A stretch of DNA of 27,407 nucleotides from a virus (IMGVR_UViG_3300034072_001378:99659-127065), one strand, 5' to 3'. Numbered from the stretch's first letter, positions 8,670 to 17,842 are shown. The notes: generated from the sequence alone by a model not told the origin. Numbers and translations: made by a program.

Positions 8670-10937
8670 ATGAAAAAAATTGTCATAAAAAGGGATGGTA
8701 CAAAGGAAGGATGGGATATTGAAAAAATTCGAAGACAAATTATACCTGCTTGCGCTGGAACATCTATAAACCCACTCGAATTTGAGTCTTTATTGGCTTT
8801 GGATATATCACATAATATAAAATCTGAAGATATTCAAGAAAAATTGAAGCTCATTGCTAAAAATAGAGTTTCGGATGATGAACCCGATTGGGATATTGTT
8901 GCTGGTAGATTAAGTGCCCACCAAGTTCAAAGAAAAATTTGGAAACAAACAAAAATTGAGATTTTTGAGTTCAAAAAACACATAAAATATCTATTAAAAA
9001 ATGGATATTATAGAAAGGATATTTTAGATAATTATAGTGATGATATGTTGGATGAATTGGATAAAGTTGTTGCAGCAAATGCCCCTAGAACAGATTATAA
9101 TTTAAGATTATCTCAAATTGAATTATTGGCATCTAAATATTTAATTAAAAATAAAAAGGGATTAATTGAATACCCAAGTACAGCCGATATGAGTAATTCA
9201 ATGATTTTAGCTTCGATTGAAGAAGAATCAAAAAGAGTTCCAATTTCAAAAGAATATTATGAAATGCTATCTGAATATTATATTTCATTAGCAACACCAT
9301 TTAAAGCAAATTTAAGGTTACCAAATGGTAACACTGGGAGTTGTTTTATTGGGTTAATGCCTGATAATACACCGGGAATATTCAAAAGTTATTCAGATAT
9401 GGCCTTTATTTCACAAGAAGGTGGCGGAATTGGTTGGTATGTTGGTAAAGTTAGACCAGGTGATGCATATTCACCAAGAGTACCAAAAGCAAATGTTGTA
9501 ACAAAATGGATTAAAATAATTAATGATATTGCTGTTGCAGTAAATCAAAGAGGTATTAGAAAAGGAGCAATAACACCTGCATTAGATTGGTGGCATTTAG
9601 ATTGTGAGACATTTACAGAGATTAAGTCAGAGCTAAATGGTGATTTAAGAGATAAGTGCTTTGATATTTTCCCTCAAGTTGTTGTTGATAATTATTTTGT
9701 TAAAAAGGCTATTGCAAAAGAATATGTTTATCAATATGATCAATATGAATTTAAAAATTTAACCGGTATTGATATAACAGAATTAATTGGCGATAAATTG
9801 GAAGAAGCACATTTACTTGCTGAAAAATTAATTGAAGAAGGCACATTAAAACACTTTAATAAAATACAAGCAAATAAATTATGGTCGAAAATGCTTAAGG
9901 CTTGGATTGAGTATGGCGACTTCTACATTTCTCATAAAGATAATATTAATATGAGTAATTATATGTCTGATTTTGGTATAGCACATTGTGTAAATTTATG
10001 TGTTGAAAGTTTTTCATTAACTAAAGAAATGACTAAATCAATTGTTGAAATTATTGATGGTAAATCTTATACTAGGGAAACAGATGCTTTATACCATAGT
10101 TGCTCTTTAGTATCTATAAATGTAGCAAATATTTTAAATGATGATAAGTTACTTCAAAGAGTTTGTAAAAATGCTGTTAGAATGTTGGATGCATCAATAG
10201 ATTTAGGTACAATGCCTGTTCTTGAAGCAAAAAATTCAGCTGATTTATTAAGAAATATTGGTATCGGTGTTGTTGGTATGGCAGATTATATGGCTTGGAA
10301 TAAAGTTCATTATGATACAGAATCAGGAAGAGAATTAGGTGAAAAATTAATTGAAAAAATTGCTTATTATTGTTATAATGCTAGTATTGATTTAGCAGCG
10401 GAAAAAGGTTCATATCCTGGTATAATCCACGCTAACTATGATAAATTATTTGGATATGATCCAAAATATTTAACTGAAACATCATTAAATGGGTTTGATT
10501 GGGTTGAAGTTCAAAGAAAAATTAAAACAATTGGAGTTCGAAATTTTTTAATGCTAGCATTGGCGCCAAACACAAGTTCAGGGTTGGTACAAGGTGTTAC
10601 AGCTAGTTATTTACCAACACACAGTAAAAATAATACACAAAAACTAAATGGATTAATTGTTCCAGTTTTACCGAAATTTATTAAAGAAAGAAGATGGTTC
10701 TATAAAACAAAATTCCAATATAGAACAGAAGATATTATTTTATTTACTAGTAGAATTCAAAAATGGGTTGATACTGGAATTAGTATGGAATTAACAATTA
10801 ATCCAGATATGTCTCCAAGTATTAAATCTATTTCAGATACAATATTAAAAGCATTTTTAGAGAAATTATTAAAAGCAGTTTATTATTCACTAACTGTTGA
10901 TGGTTCGGCTCATATTTGCACAGACTGTGCAAATTAA
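8670..10937 (+). CDS. nrdA: Ribonucleotide reductase class Ia alpha subunit
   Basis: N-terminal ATP cone (VIKRDG), ATP..N, GSCF, GGGIG, NQRG.RKGA, NLCVE, APNTSS, YY, C-terminal CTDC. Confidence 0.96.
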   Translation: MKKIVIKRDGTKEGWDIEKIRRQIIPACAGTSINPLEFESLLALDISHNIKSEDIQEKLKLIAKNRVSDDEPDWDIVAGRLSAHQVQRKIWKQTKIEIFEFKKHIKYLLKNGYYRKDILDNYSDDMLDELDKVVAANAPRTDYNLRLSQIELLASKYLIKNKKGLIEYPSTADMSNSMILASIEEESKRVPISKEYYEMLSEYYISLATPFKANLRLPNGNTGSCFIGLMPDNTPGIFKSYSDMAFISQEGGGIGWYVGKVRPGDAYSPRVPKANVVTKWIKIINDIAVAVNQRGIRKGAITPALDWWHLDCETFTEIKSELNGDLRDKCFDIFPQVVVDNYFVKKAIAKEYVYQYDQYEFKNLTGIDITELIGDKLEEAHLLAEKLIEEGTLKHFNKIQANKLWSKMLKAWIEYGDFYISHKDNINMSNYMSDFGIAHCVNLCVESFSLTKEMTKSIVEIIDGKSYTRETDALYHSCSLVSINVANILNDDKLLQRVCKNAVRMLDASIDLGTMPVLEAKNSADLLRNIGIGVVGMADYMAWNKVHYDTESGRELGEKLIEKIAYYCYNASIDLAAEKGSYPGIIHANYDKLFGYDPKYLTETSLNGFDWVEVQRKIKTIGVRNFLMLALAPNTSSGLVQGVTASYLPTHSKNNTQKLNGLIVPVLPKFIKERRWFYKTKFQYRTEDIILFTSRIQKWVDTGISMELTINPDMSPSIKSISDTILKAFLEKLLKAVYYSLTVDGSAHICTDCAN

Positions 10938-10965
10938 AAGTAAAATATAAATTTAAAGGAAATTA

Positions 10966-12024
10966 ATGTCAAATTACAATAAAAAATTAGAGAAAAAACT
11001 ATTATTTAATCCAAATGCTATTGAGGATTTAAAAATATTTGGTGGTGAAACATCAAATATTTTAGATCTTTCAAATATACCGAAAGATTGTGAAATATTT
11101 CACAAATGTGTTGATACATTATATAATAACAATTGGTTACCTCATAAGGTTAGTATGGACTCGGATAAGTATGATTATAAAAACAGAATGACTCCCGATG
11201 AAATTGAAGCATATGATAATATTTTATCTTTTTTAGCTTTTCTAGATAGTATACAAACAAACAATTTACCAAATATTGCTGGTTATGTCACAAACCCACA
11301 CGTTGTTTATGCATTATCAAGACAAACTTGGGATGAAGCACTACATAGTAAATCTTATGGTTGGATATTTAGTTCTTTAATGTCTAAAGAAAAATCAAGA
11401 GAATTATATTTTAAATGGAAGGAACACCCATTGATGCTAGAAAGAAATAAGTTCATTGCCAAAATATATCAAGATTTTGTCGATAATCCTTCAGAATTAA
11501 ATTTTATAAAATCAGTAATCGCAAATTATATGCTTGAAGGTCTTTATTTCTATAATGGGTTTCAATTTTTTCACAATTTAGCAAATAGAGGGTTAATCAC
11601 CGGAACAGATACTCAAATTTCATATATTCAAAGAGATGAAATTGTGCATTGTACAATATTTGAAAATATAATTAAAATTGCAAAAAAAGAAAATCCTGAA
11701 TTATTTTTAGAACACAAAGAAACATTTAGAGAAATGTTCAAAGTGGCAACACAATGGGAAATTGATTTTAGTTGTGATGTTATTGGTGATAAAATTTTAG
11801 GTATGAGTAAAAATAGCATTAGTGATTATGCTAAATATTTATGTGATTATAGATTGGAAAATATTGATGAAGAACCAATGTTTGGAATTAAAGAAAATCC
11901 ATATAAACATTTAGAAAAACAAGCAGGTGTTTCAGATGAGACATCAAATAGAAGTAATAATTTTGAAGTAACAAGTATTACATATAAATCACCAGAAATT
12001 TTAAATGAATGGGATGAAATTTAA
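10966..12024 (+). CDS. nrdB: Ribonucleotide reductase class Ia beta subunit
   Basis: Diiron ligands LDSIQ, EALHSKSY (radical Tyr), LEGLYFY.GF, RDEIVH; C-terminal NFE...Y. Confidence 0.96.
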   Translation: MSNYNKKLEKKLLFNPNAIEDLKIFGGETSNILDLSNIPKDCEIFHKCVDTLYNNNWLPHKVSMDSDKYDYKNRMTPDEIEAYDNILSFLAFLDSIQTNNLPNIAGYVTNPHVVYALSRQTWDEALHSKSYGWIFSSLMSKEKSRELYFKWKEHPLMLERNKFIAKIYQDFVDNPSELNFIKSVIANYMLEGLYFYNGFQFFHNLANRGLITGTDTQISYIQRDEIVHCTIFENIIKIAKKENPELFLEHKETFREMFKVATQWEIDFSCDVIGDKILGMSKNSISDYAKYLCDYRLENIDEEPMFGIKENPYKHLEKQAGVSDETSNRSNNFEVTSITYKSPEILNEWDEI

Positions 12025-12048
12025 AGCTAGATATTTTATCTAGCTTTT
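12023..12048. terminator. Bidirectional terminator between convergent genes
   Basis: AAAGCTAGATA-ttt-TATCTAGCTTT; same stem as 16524..16547. Confidence 0.7.
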
Positions 12049-12100
12049 AAGTTTAAAACTTATTTTAAATTTTATTTAGTTCTATAACTAAAACATATAT

Positions 12101-12601
12101 CTATTTGCTTTTTGGTAATCTATACATGCTTTCAAATATCTCAAATTCTTTATTCTTCCCTTTATTTTCAACAAAACCAAATCTTTTGTAAAATTCAATT
12201 AATCTCTTTTTATTTCCGCCAAATTCATCAGATGGTGAAAGTATTATAATTTTATTATTCTTATCTGCATATTCACATATATCTGTCATTAACTTCGTGC
12301 CTGCTCCAGTATTTTTCTCTTTAGTTATAATTAAATCAATACTTATTTTATTGTCAAATTCATAAATATTAATTGTGCTAAAATATTCTTTGTACTTATC
12401 TTTTAACGATTTTATAAAATTAGTATTTTCTTGAAGCCAATTTCTAAAATTTTCATTTATCTTTAATATTTTCTTTAAAGTTCCAACTATTCTTGCATAA
12501 TCTTCACCATATTCACTTTTTAAATTTCCCCATAACTTCTCTACTTCATTTTCTGTTTTACCCGATTTTTTAGCAAAACTCTTAATAACTGCATTAGGCA
12601 T
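12101..12601 (-). CDS. GNAT acetyltransferase fused to a small N-terminal helical domain
   Basis: AAGGAG RBS and TATAAATA on the minus strand; KNTGAGTKLM...ADKNN..IIL...RLIEFYKRFGF GNAT signature. Confidence 0.8.
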   Translation of the reverse strand: MPNAVIKSFAKKSGKTENEVEKLWGNLKSEYGEDYARIVGTLKKILKINENFRNWLQENTNFIKSLKDKYKEYFSTINIYEFDNKISIDLIITKEKNTGAGTKLMTDICEYADKNNKIIILSPSDEFGGNKKRLIEFYKRFGFVENKGKNKEFEIFESMYRLPKSK

Positions 12602-12609
12602 ATTATTCT

Positions 12610-12684
12610 CCTTTTAAAATTATTTATATAACATATTTGAAATTTAAAAGATTTTTTGAACTTAATATAAATAATTTTAAAAGG
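12610..12684. promoter_or_regulatory. Divergent late promoter-RBS cassettes (20-bp inverted repeat)
   Basis: 12610..12629 is the reverse complement of ATATAAATAATTTTAAAAGG at 12665..12684. Confidence 0.75.
12637..12684 (+). repeat. 48-bp direct repeat, copy 1
   Basis: TTGAAATTTAAAAGATTTTTTGAACTTAATATAAATAATTTTAAAAGG, identical to 13413..13460. Confidence 0.92.
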
Positions 12685-12691
12685 GATTAAA

Positions 12692-13423
12692 ATGAGATTT
12701 AAAGATTGGGTGTTAGAAAAAGAATTAAATGAATTTTGGAAAGAAGTGAATGAATTTACAAGGAAATCAGCTATTTTAAATAATCATATTCCTTGTGGTA
12801 CATCATTAGAATGGGTTAAAGAAACACTCGCATTTATAAATGAAGGAATTATAAAACCTGAATTAATTTCTATAAATACATATAATGAAAATAAATTAAA
12901 CAATGAATTTAAGAAATACAATATAAATTTTATAAAAGATAATCAAAATCTAAATGCATATTATGATAAAAAAACAGATACTATAACAATTATATATTCA
13001 GAAAAAGACACATTTAATGAAATTGAAGCATTAATTGGGCATGAAATGGTTCATAAAGAACAACATAAAAAATCAAATGAATATTTTAAACAATCGGAAA
13101 GAACTATAGAAAAAATAAATGAGCTTATTCAAAAGAAAACAAAACTTCTAAAAGAACCAGGAGGTGTTTTAAAATATTCAAAAGAATTAAATAAATTAAA
13201 TTCAGAAATAAATAAAATTTATAATTATTTTTTATATTTAACTCCTTATGAAAAAATGGCTTATGCACATCAATTTGTATATATGAATAAAAATCTTAAT
13301 CCAAATGACATAATAAAAAAATTAAAAAGTTCAGTAGAAACAAAAGATTTTCCCATAACTTCGGACTTTAAAAAATATGTTGCTATGTATTGGTTATTAA
13401 GAAACAAGAAAATTGAAATTTAA
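12692..13423 (+). CDS. Putative zincin metallopeptidase (HExxH), putative internal head protein
   Basis: MRFKDWVLE start; NAYY strand, GHEMVHKEQH, downstream PYEKMAY (third-ligand Glu). Confidence 0.68.
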   Translation: MRFKDWVLEKELNEFWKEVNEFTRKSAILNNHIPCGTSLEWVKETLAFINEGIIKPELISINTYNENKLNNEFKKYNINFIKDNQNLNAYYDKKTDTITIIYSEKDTFNEIEALIGHEMVHKEQHKKSNEYFKQSERTIEKINELIQKKTKLLKEPGGVLKYSKELNKLNSEINKIYNYFLYLTPYEKMAYAHQFVYMNKNLNPNDIIKKLKSSVETKDFPITSDFKKYVAMYWLLRNKKIEI

Positions 13424-13460
13424 AAGATTTTTTGAACTTAATATAAATAATTTTAAAAGG
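13413..13460 (+). repeat. 48-bp direct repeat, copy 2 (contains late promoter at 13442..13449)
   Basis: Identical to 12637..12684; overlaps the last codons and stop of the peptidase gene. Confidence 0.92.
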
Positions 13461-13467
13461 AATCAAA

Positions 13468-14793
13468 ATGCCGCAATACAATATAAGAACAAATCAGTAC
13501 ACCGAAAGAAATAATGATCTATTTGATGTAGTACTACAAGCAAATGAAAATGGGATTATAAGAGATCCTAGATATAATGAGATATCAGATTTCTCAAATA
13601 GAACAGCATTTACATCTGTATTTGGCGAATTGGTGACAGGTGTTAGACAAAATAATATAAATGTACCTTTTATAAGAAGCACAGGTTTAGATGGGAATAT
13701 TGATTATCTAAAAAATGTTAGATCAATACAATCAGGTACAACTTCTGCTGTATTTGAAAATGAAACAGCTTATATTCAAACAGGTTTAGGTTTAGGATCA
13801 TTTGAATTTATATCTGTTGCGACAAATAGATATATAACTGGGCACAGTAATGAAGTATTTCACACTATGGTGTTTTCTGAACCCGAAAGTAATGTGCAAT
13901 CAGGTATAGGTTATGGTAGAAAGGATTCAGATTTTATTGGATTTGGATATAATGGCACTGTATTTGGAATATGGCTTATTTTAAGAGGTGTAAAAACACA
14001 TATACCCCAAGAAAATTGGAATGAAAACACATTATTGGAAGGAGATTTTATTTTAAATCCTCAAAAAGAAAATATTTCAGGTACTTCTTTTGGGTGGCTT
14101 GGAGTTGCTGATATATTATTTTATATAAATACTTCAGAGAAGGGTTGGATACTTGTGCATAGACACAAAACAGCTAATATCGATAGTAAACCGCATTTAA
14201 CTGATCCTAATCAACCAATTAGTTCGTTCATTGAACGAACAACAGGAAATGGAAATAATATTAGAATAGGAACATCTAGTTGGGCAGCTGGAACAATAGG
14301 TGAAAGGGCAAAAGGGACAGGTTCAGATAAAACACCATTTATAGAAATTTCGGGTAAATCAATACCTGCAAACACTGAAACCATATTATTAAGTATAAAA
14401 AATAATCCAACATTTAAAGGTAAACCAAACACAGTTAGAGTTAGATATGGTACTTTAACATTAACAACAGATGGCACAAAATCGGTTTCATTTAGAGTAT
14501 ATGTAAATGGTGTTTCTGGTGGTGTTTTTACTGATTATGATACAGATTTATCTGTATCATCTATAAGTACAGATACTACTTTATCTTATACAACTACAAC
14601 CATTGCAGGAATTCCGAGGAGAAATGAGCAAGTTGGTGGTACATATTTGGGTAAAACAGATAGAGAAAGATTGAATTTATTTGAATCGGATATTATTATC
14701 GCGGCATATCCTGGAGATATAATAACAATAACAGCATTTAGTACTGGAGCAACAGTAGTTGATATGGAACTTAGATGGATAGAAGAATTTTAA
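13468..14793 (+). CDS. Putative virion structural protein (beta-rich, lectin/jelly-roll-like)
   Basis: Late promoter; Gly/Thr/Ser-rich 441 aa; FGWLGV..., H.....P.L..PN.P pattern; ends W.E. Confidence 0.55.
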   Translation: MPQYNIRTNQYTERNNDLFDVVLQANENGIIRDPRYNEISDFSNRTAFTSVFGELVTGVRQNNINVPFIRSTGLDGNIDYLKNVRSIQSGTTSAVFENETAYIQTGLGLGSFEFISVATNRYITGHSNEVFHTMVFSEPESNVQSGIGYGRKDSDFIGFGYNGTVFGIWLILRGVKTHIPQENWNENTLLEGDFILNPQKENISGTSFGWLGVADILFYINTSEKGWILVHRHKTANIDSKPHLTDPNQPISSFIERTTGNGNNIRIGTSSWAAGTIGERAKGTGSDKTPFIEISGKSIPANTETILLSIKNNPTFKGKPNTVRVRYGTLTLTTDGTKSVSFRVYVNGVSGGVFTDYDTDLSVSSISTDTTLSYTTTTIAGIPRRNEQVGGTYLGKTDRERLNLFESDIIIAAYPGDIITITAFSTGATVVDMELRWIEEF

Positions 14794-14802
14794 AATTTGA
14801 AA

Positions 14803-14824
14803 TTAATATTCTTTAGTATATAAT
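14803..14824 (+). promoter_or_regulatory. sigma70-type promoter motif
   Basis: TTAAT-attctttagta-TATAAT upstream of uvsW. Confidence 0.7.
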
Positions 14825-14844
14825 AAAAGAAAAAAGGATATTAT

Positions 14845-16530
14845 TTGATTATACAAAAACAAGACGAATCTTATACTTTACTTATTTCTGAAAATGAATC
14901 AGATAAATTAACTCTTCAAGGAATTCATGATTTTCTTAAAGCAGAAAAACCTGACGCAAGATATAATTTTAAAATACAAAGGGGCTGGGAAAGTCCCTTT
15001 CATTATTTTTCAGAAGTTAAAAAACATGGTAACCAATCTATTCTAAGATTACTATCAGGTCATTTAGACTTAATAAAAAACTTTAATATACCAAATTTAC
15101 CGAAAACACAATCAGAATTTACAGAAGAGGAAATAGATAAAGGTTTAAAACAAATTATTTCAATGATGCCTTTTGAGCCTTATGATTATCAATTAAAAAT
15201 TGTAAAAGATTCATTACTAAATCCTAAACAAATGTCTTTAGCTTGTACATCAGCAGGTAAGTCTTGTGCTATATTTATGATAATGTATTTTTTATATACA
15301 AAAAACAAAATTGGATTGGTTTGTGTTCCAAATATATCATTAACAACACAAATATATGGTGATTTTAAAGATTATTTTCATAAAGATTATGCTAAAGAAA
15401 GAGATGAATTTTTATCTAATATTCAATTGCAGGGTGGTGGTAAAGAAAGTACATTTGACACATTTTTAACAATAACAACCTGGCAATCTTTACTAAATAG
15501 AAAAGAACATCTTTCTAAATTTGAATTTATTTTATGTGATGAAGTCCAAAGATATGCCAGTGATGAAGTATCTCAAATAATCAAATTAACAAATAACGCA
15601 AAATATAAATGGGGCGTTACAGGAACGTTACCAGAAGATCCCTTAGCAACAATGAATTTAATTGGTATGTTTGGATTTCCAAAAAGGTATATTAGAGCAT
15701 GTGAATTAATTGAAAGAGGTTTAGGAACACCTGTTGAAATAATTTCTTTCATTATTAAATACAATGACGAAGAAAAAAGATTATTTAATTCATTACCAAA
15801 AGGGCAGTACGCTAAACAGTTGGCATTCATAAAAGAACATCAAAAAAGAAATGAATTTGTGTCTGATTTAATAATAAAGGTTAAAAATACAGGGAATACA
15901 ATTGTTTTAGGAAGTCACACACAACACATTAAAGATACATTTATTGATGTTATGAAAAAATTATATCCAGATGTTGAAGTTCAAAATAAAGATATAACCG
16001 GTAAAAAATCATTTGAATTTCAAAAACAATATGGTGTATATTTTATAAATGGCGAAGATAATGCAGAAACAAGGGAATTAACAAGAAAAATTCTTGAAGA
16101 AAAACATTATATTATTCAATTTGAAGATTTGAACAAAATAACTTTAAGTGAAAATGAATTTTATAAAGATACATTAGTTAAAGATTTAATAGATAATCAT
16201 TCTATATATAAAGAAATAAAGAGCATAAATTTAAGAAATGAAATTTTAATTTCAAATTATCAAATTTTATCAGCAGGAGTAAATATCCGTAGACTTTTTA
16301 ATTTAATTTTTATATCACCTTTGAAAGCTTATACTACAATTACTCAAAGTATTGGTAGAGGTTTGAGATTACACCCAGATAAAAAAATATTTAGAGTCTT
16401 CGATTTAACCGATGATTTTGGGATTAGAAAACCAAGCGGAATTTTTTATAAGCAATATGAGGAAAGAAAAAGACATTCATATAATTCAGAAGGTTACCCA
16501 ATTACTGAAAAAGAATATAATTTAAGCTAG
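14845..16530 (+). CDS. uvsW: UvsW SF2 DNA helicase
   Basis: TTG start; PYDYQ, ACTSAGKS, VPNISLTTQ, TTWQSL, CDEVQ, GVTGTL, LSAGVNI, QSIGRGLRLH, FDLTDD. Confidence 0.92.
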   Translation: MIIQKQDESYTLLISENESDKLTLQGIHDFLKAEKPDARYNFKIQRGWESPFHYFSEVKKHGNQSILRLLSGHLDLIKNFNIPNLPKTQSEFTEEEIDKGLKQIISMMPFEPYDYQLKIVKDSLLNPKQMSLACTSAGKSCAIFMIMYFLYTKNKIGLVCVPNISLTTQIYGDFKDYFHKDYAKERDEFLSNIQLQGGGKESTFDTFLTITTWQSLLNRKEHLSKFEFILCDEVQRYASDEVSQIIKLTNNAKYKWGVTGTLPEDPLATMNLIGMFGFPKRYIRACELIERGLGTPVEIISFIIKYNDEEKRLFNSLPKGQYAKQLAFIKEHQKRNEFVSDLIIKVKNTGNTIVLGSHTQHIKDTFIDVMKKLYPDVEVQNKDITGKKSFEFQKQYGVYFINGEDNAETRELTRKILEEKHYIIQFEDLNKITLSENEFYKDTLVKDLIDNHSIYKEIKSINLRNEILISNYQILSAGVNIRRLFNLIFISPLKAYTTITQSIGRGLRLHPDKKIFRVFDLTDDFGIRKPSGIFYKQYEERKRHSYNSEGYPITEKEYNLS

Positions 16531-16551
16531 ATAGAAATATCTAGCTTTTTT
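16524..16551 (+). terminator. Intrinsic terminator
   Basis: AAGCTAGATA-GAAA-TATCTAGCTT followed by a T run. Confidence 0.8.
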
Positions 16552-16583
16552 AGTTTAGTTTAGTTTTAAAATTTAATATTAGT

Positions 16584-16605
16584 TTAATTAATGTTATATT
16601 ATAAT
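16584..16605 (+). promoter_or_regulatory. sigma70-type promoter motif
   Basis: TTAAT-taatgttatat-TATAAT. Confidence 0.55.
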
Positions 16606-16636
16606 ATATAAAATTTATCATATAGGAGAATATAGA

Positions 16637-17032
16637 ATGATAAAAGATTTATATATTGAAGATATACCCAATAAGAATGAATTGAGAAAAGTTCTTAAAA
16701 TTCTTGGAGATAACAGTTGGACAACAGTAAACATTAATGAATGGGAAATTGATGAAGCACACAATATATATTATTCAGTTGCTAATAATGAGTATAAATA
16801 TTCATCAAATTTCAATAATAAAAAATTGGAATTATTAACCAATATAAAATATGAAGATTTTTTAGAACTTTATATTAAACCAATTGAAAATTTAAAAATA
16901 AATGAAACTTCATTTATTTTTGATTCATTAAATGAAGTATATAAAGTTCTAAGAGTACAAGATGGATATATTTATACAAACGAATCTAACTGTATGTGTT
17001 ATGTTCCAAACAAATCTTTAATCCAAATTTAA
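16637..17032 (+). CDS. Hypothetical protein
   Basis: AGGAG RBS, promoter, 131 aa. Confidence 0.7.
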   Translation: MIKDLYIEDIPNKNELRKVLKILGDNSWTTVNINEWEIDEAHNIYYSVANNEYKYSSNFNNKKLELLTNIKYEDFLELYIKPIENLKINETSFIFDSLNEVYKVLRVQDGYIYTNESNCMCYVPNKSLIQI

Positions 17033-17050
17033 TATTTGTTTGTATATAAT
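17029..17050 (+). promoter_or_regulatory. sigma70-type promoter motif
   Basis: TTAAT-atttgtttgta-TATAAT. Confidence 0.7.
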
Positions 17051-17074
17051 AAAATAAAAATTTAAGGAATTAGA

Positions 17075-17446
17075 ATGGCTACAAGAAGTACAATTTGGTA
17101 TAAAGATGAAGAAAATAATTGCTATAAAGGTATTTATTGCCACTGGGATGGGTATTTGAGTTATAATGGTAAAATTCTTTTTGAGAATTATTATGCATTA
17201 GATAAAGTTAAAGAATTGGTTTCATATGGTTCTGCCTCATCTATTGCGGAAACATTAGATAAATGTGAATTTTATAAAGACTTAAATAGAGAAGATATAA
17301 CAATTTATGAAATTCAAAACTTAAAAGAAATAGATGAGTACTTAGAAGAATATACATATATTTTTGAAAATGAAAAATGGTTCATCTTAACAGGAAAAAA
17401 TAAAATGAAAAGATTATCACCAAGATTAATTGAAATGGACATATAA
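17075..17446 (+). CDS. Conserved phage hypothetical protein (IYCHWDGY type)
   Basis: MATRSTI...IYCHWDGY..YNG..L..NY...G..SS...EEY.Y.F pattern, recognisable from many phage early regions. Confidence 0.75.
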   Translation: MATRSTIWYKDEENNCYKGIYCHWDGYLSYNGKILFENYYALDKVKELVSYGSASSIAETLDKCEFYKDLNREDITIYEIQNLKEIDEYLEEYTYIFENEKWFILTGKNKMKRLSPRLIEMDI

Positions 17447-17676
17447 TGAACAAAAATATTATGAAAGAAATTGAATCTGCTTTAAAATTACATATTAACT
17501 ACACTGGATATTCTTCAGGTGGTGAATATTTAAGAAGAATGAATAGATTGGCTTGGAATTATTCGGGTGCTCCAGCACAAAAAATATCTTCGTTACTAGA
17601 TGATTATTTTGAAGCGGTTGGTGTTAAAAATTTAGCCGAATCAATTAAAAGATTAAAGGATTTAGAGAATGCTTAA
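17446..17676 (+). CDS. Hypothetical protein
   Basis: TAATG coupling; 76 aa. Confidence 0.65.
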   Translation: MNKNIMKEIESALKLHINYTGYSSGGEYLRRMNRLAWNYSGAPAQKISSLLDDYFEAVGVKNLAESIKRLKDLENA

Positions 17677-17842
17677 TCTTATAAAAGAACACAACAATAA
17701 GCAAAAATTAAATTTTTGCTTTAAAGAAAAAATAGATTTAAAACAATCTAAATTAGATTTTGAAAAATTATCAGATGAAGAAAAAATTTTTGCTTTAAAA
17801 ATGCTAAAAGTACAAATGATTTTAAATGGGAAGGAAAAATAA
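17669..17842 (+). CDS. Hypothetical protein, 57 aa (not in the ORF track)
   Basis: AAGGA RBS; MLNLIKEHNNKQKLNFCF...ILNGKEK*; exactly fills the gap to ATG 17843. Confidence 0.6.
   Translation: MLNLIKEHNNKQKLNFCFKEKIDLKQSKLDFEKLSDEEKIFALKMLKVQMILNGKEK

Noticed and set aside
8670-12024. Intein or intron in nrdA/nrdB
   Set aside because: Both ORFs are continuous, of normal length, with catalytic motifs in the expected order.
16551-16566. TAGTT x3 microrepeat
   Set aside because: Too short and low-complexity to interpret.
17710-17799. 16-bp repeat AAATTTTTGCTTTAAA containing a MotA-box-like TTTGCTTTA
   Set aside because: Lies within a coding region and has no properly spaced TAnnnT; T4 middle promoter not supported.
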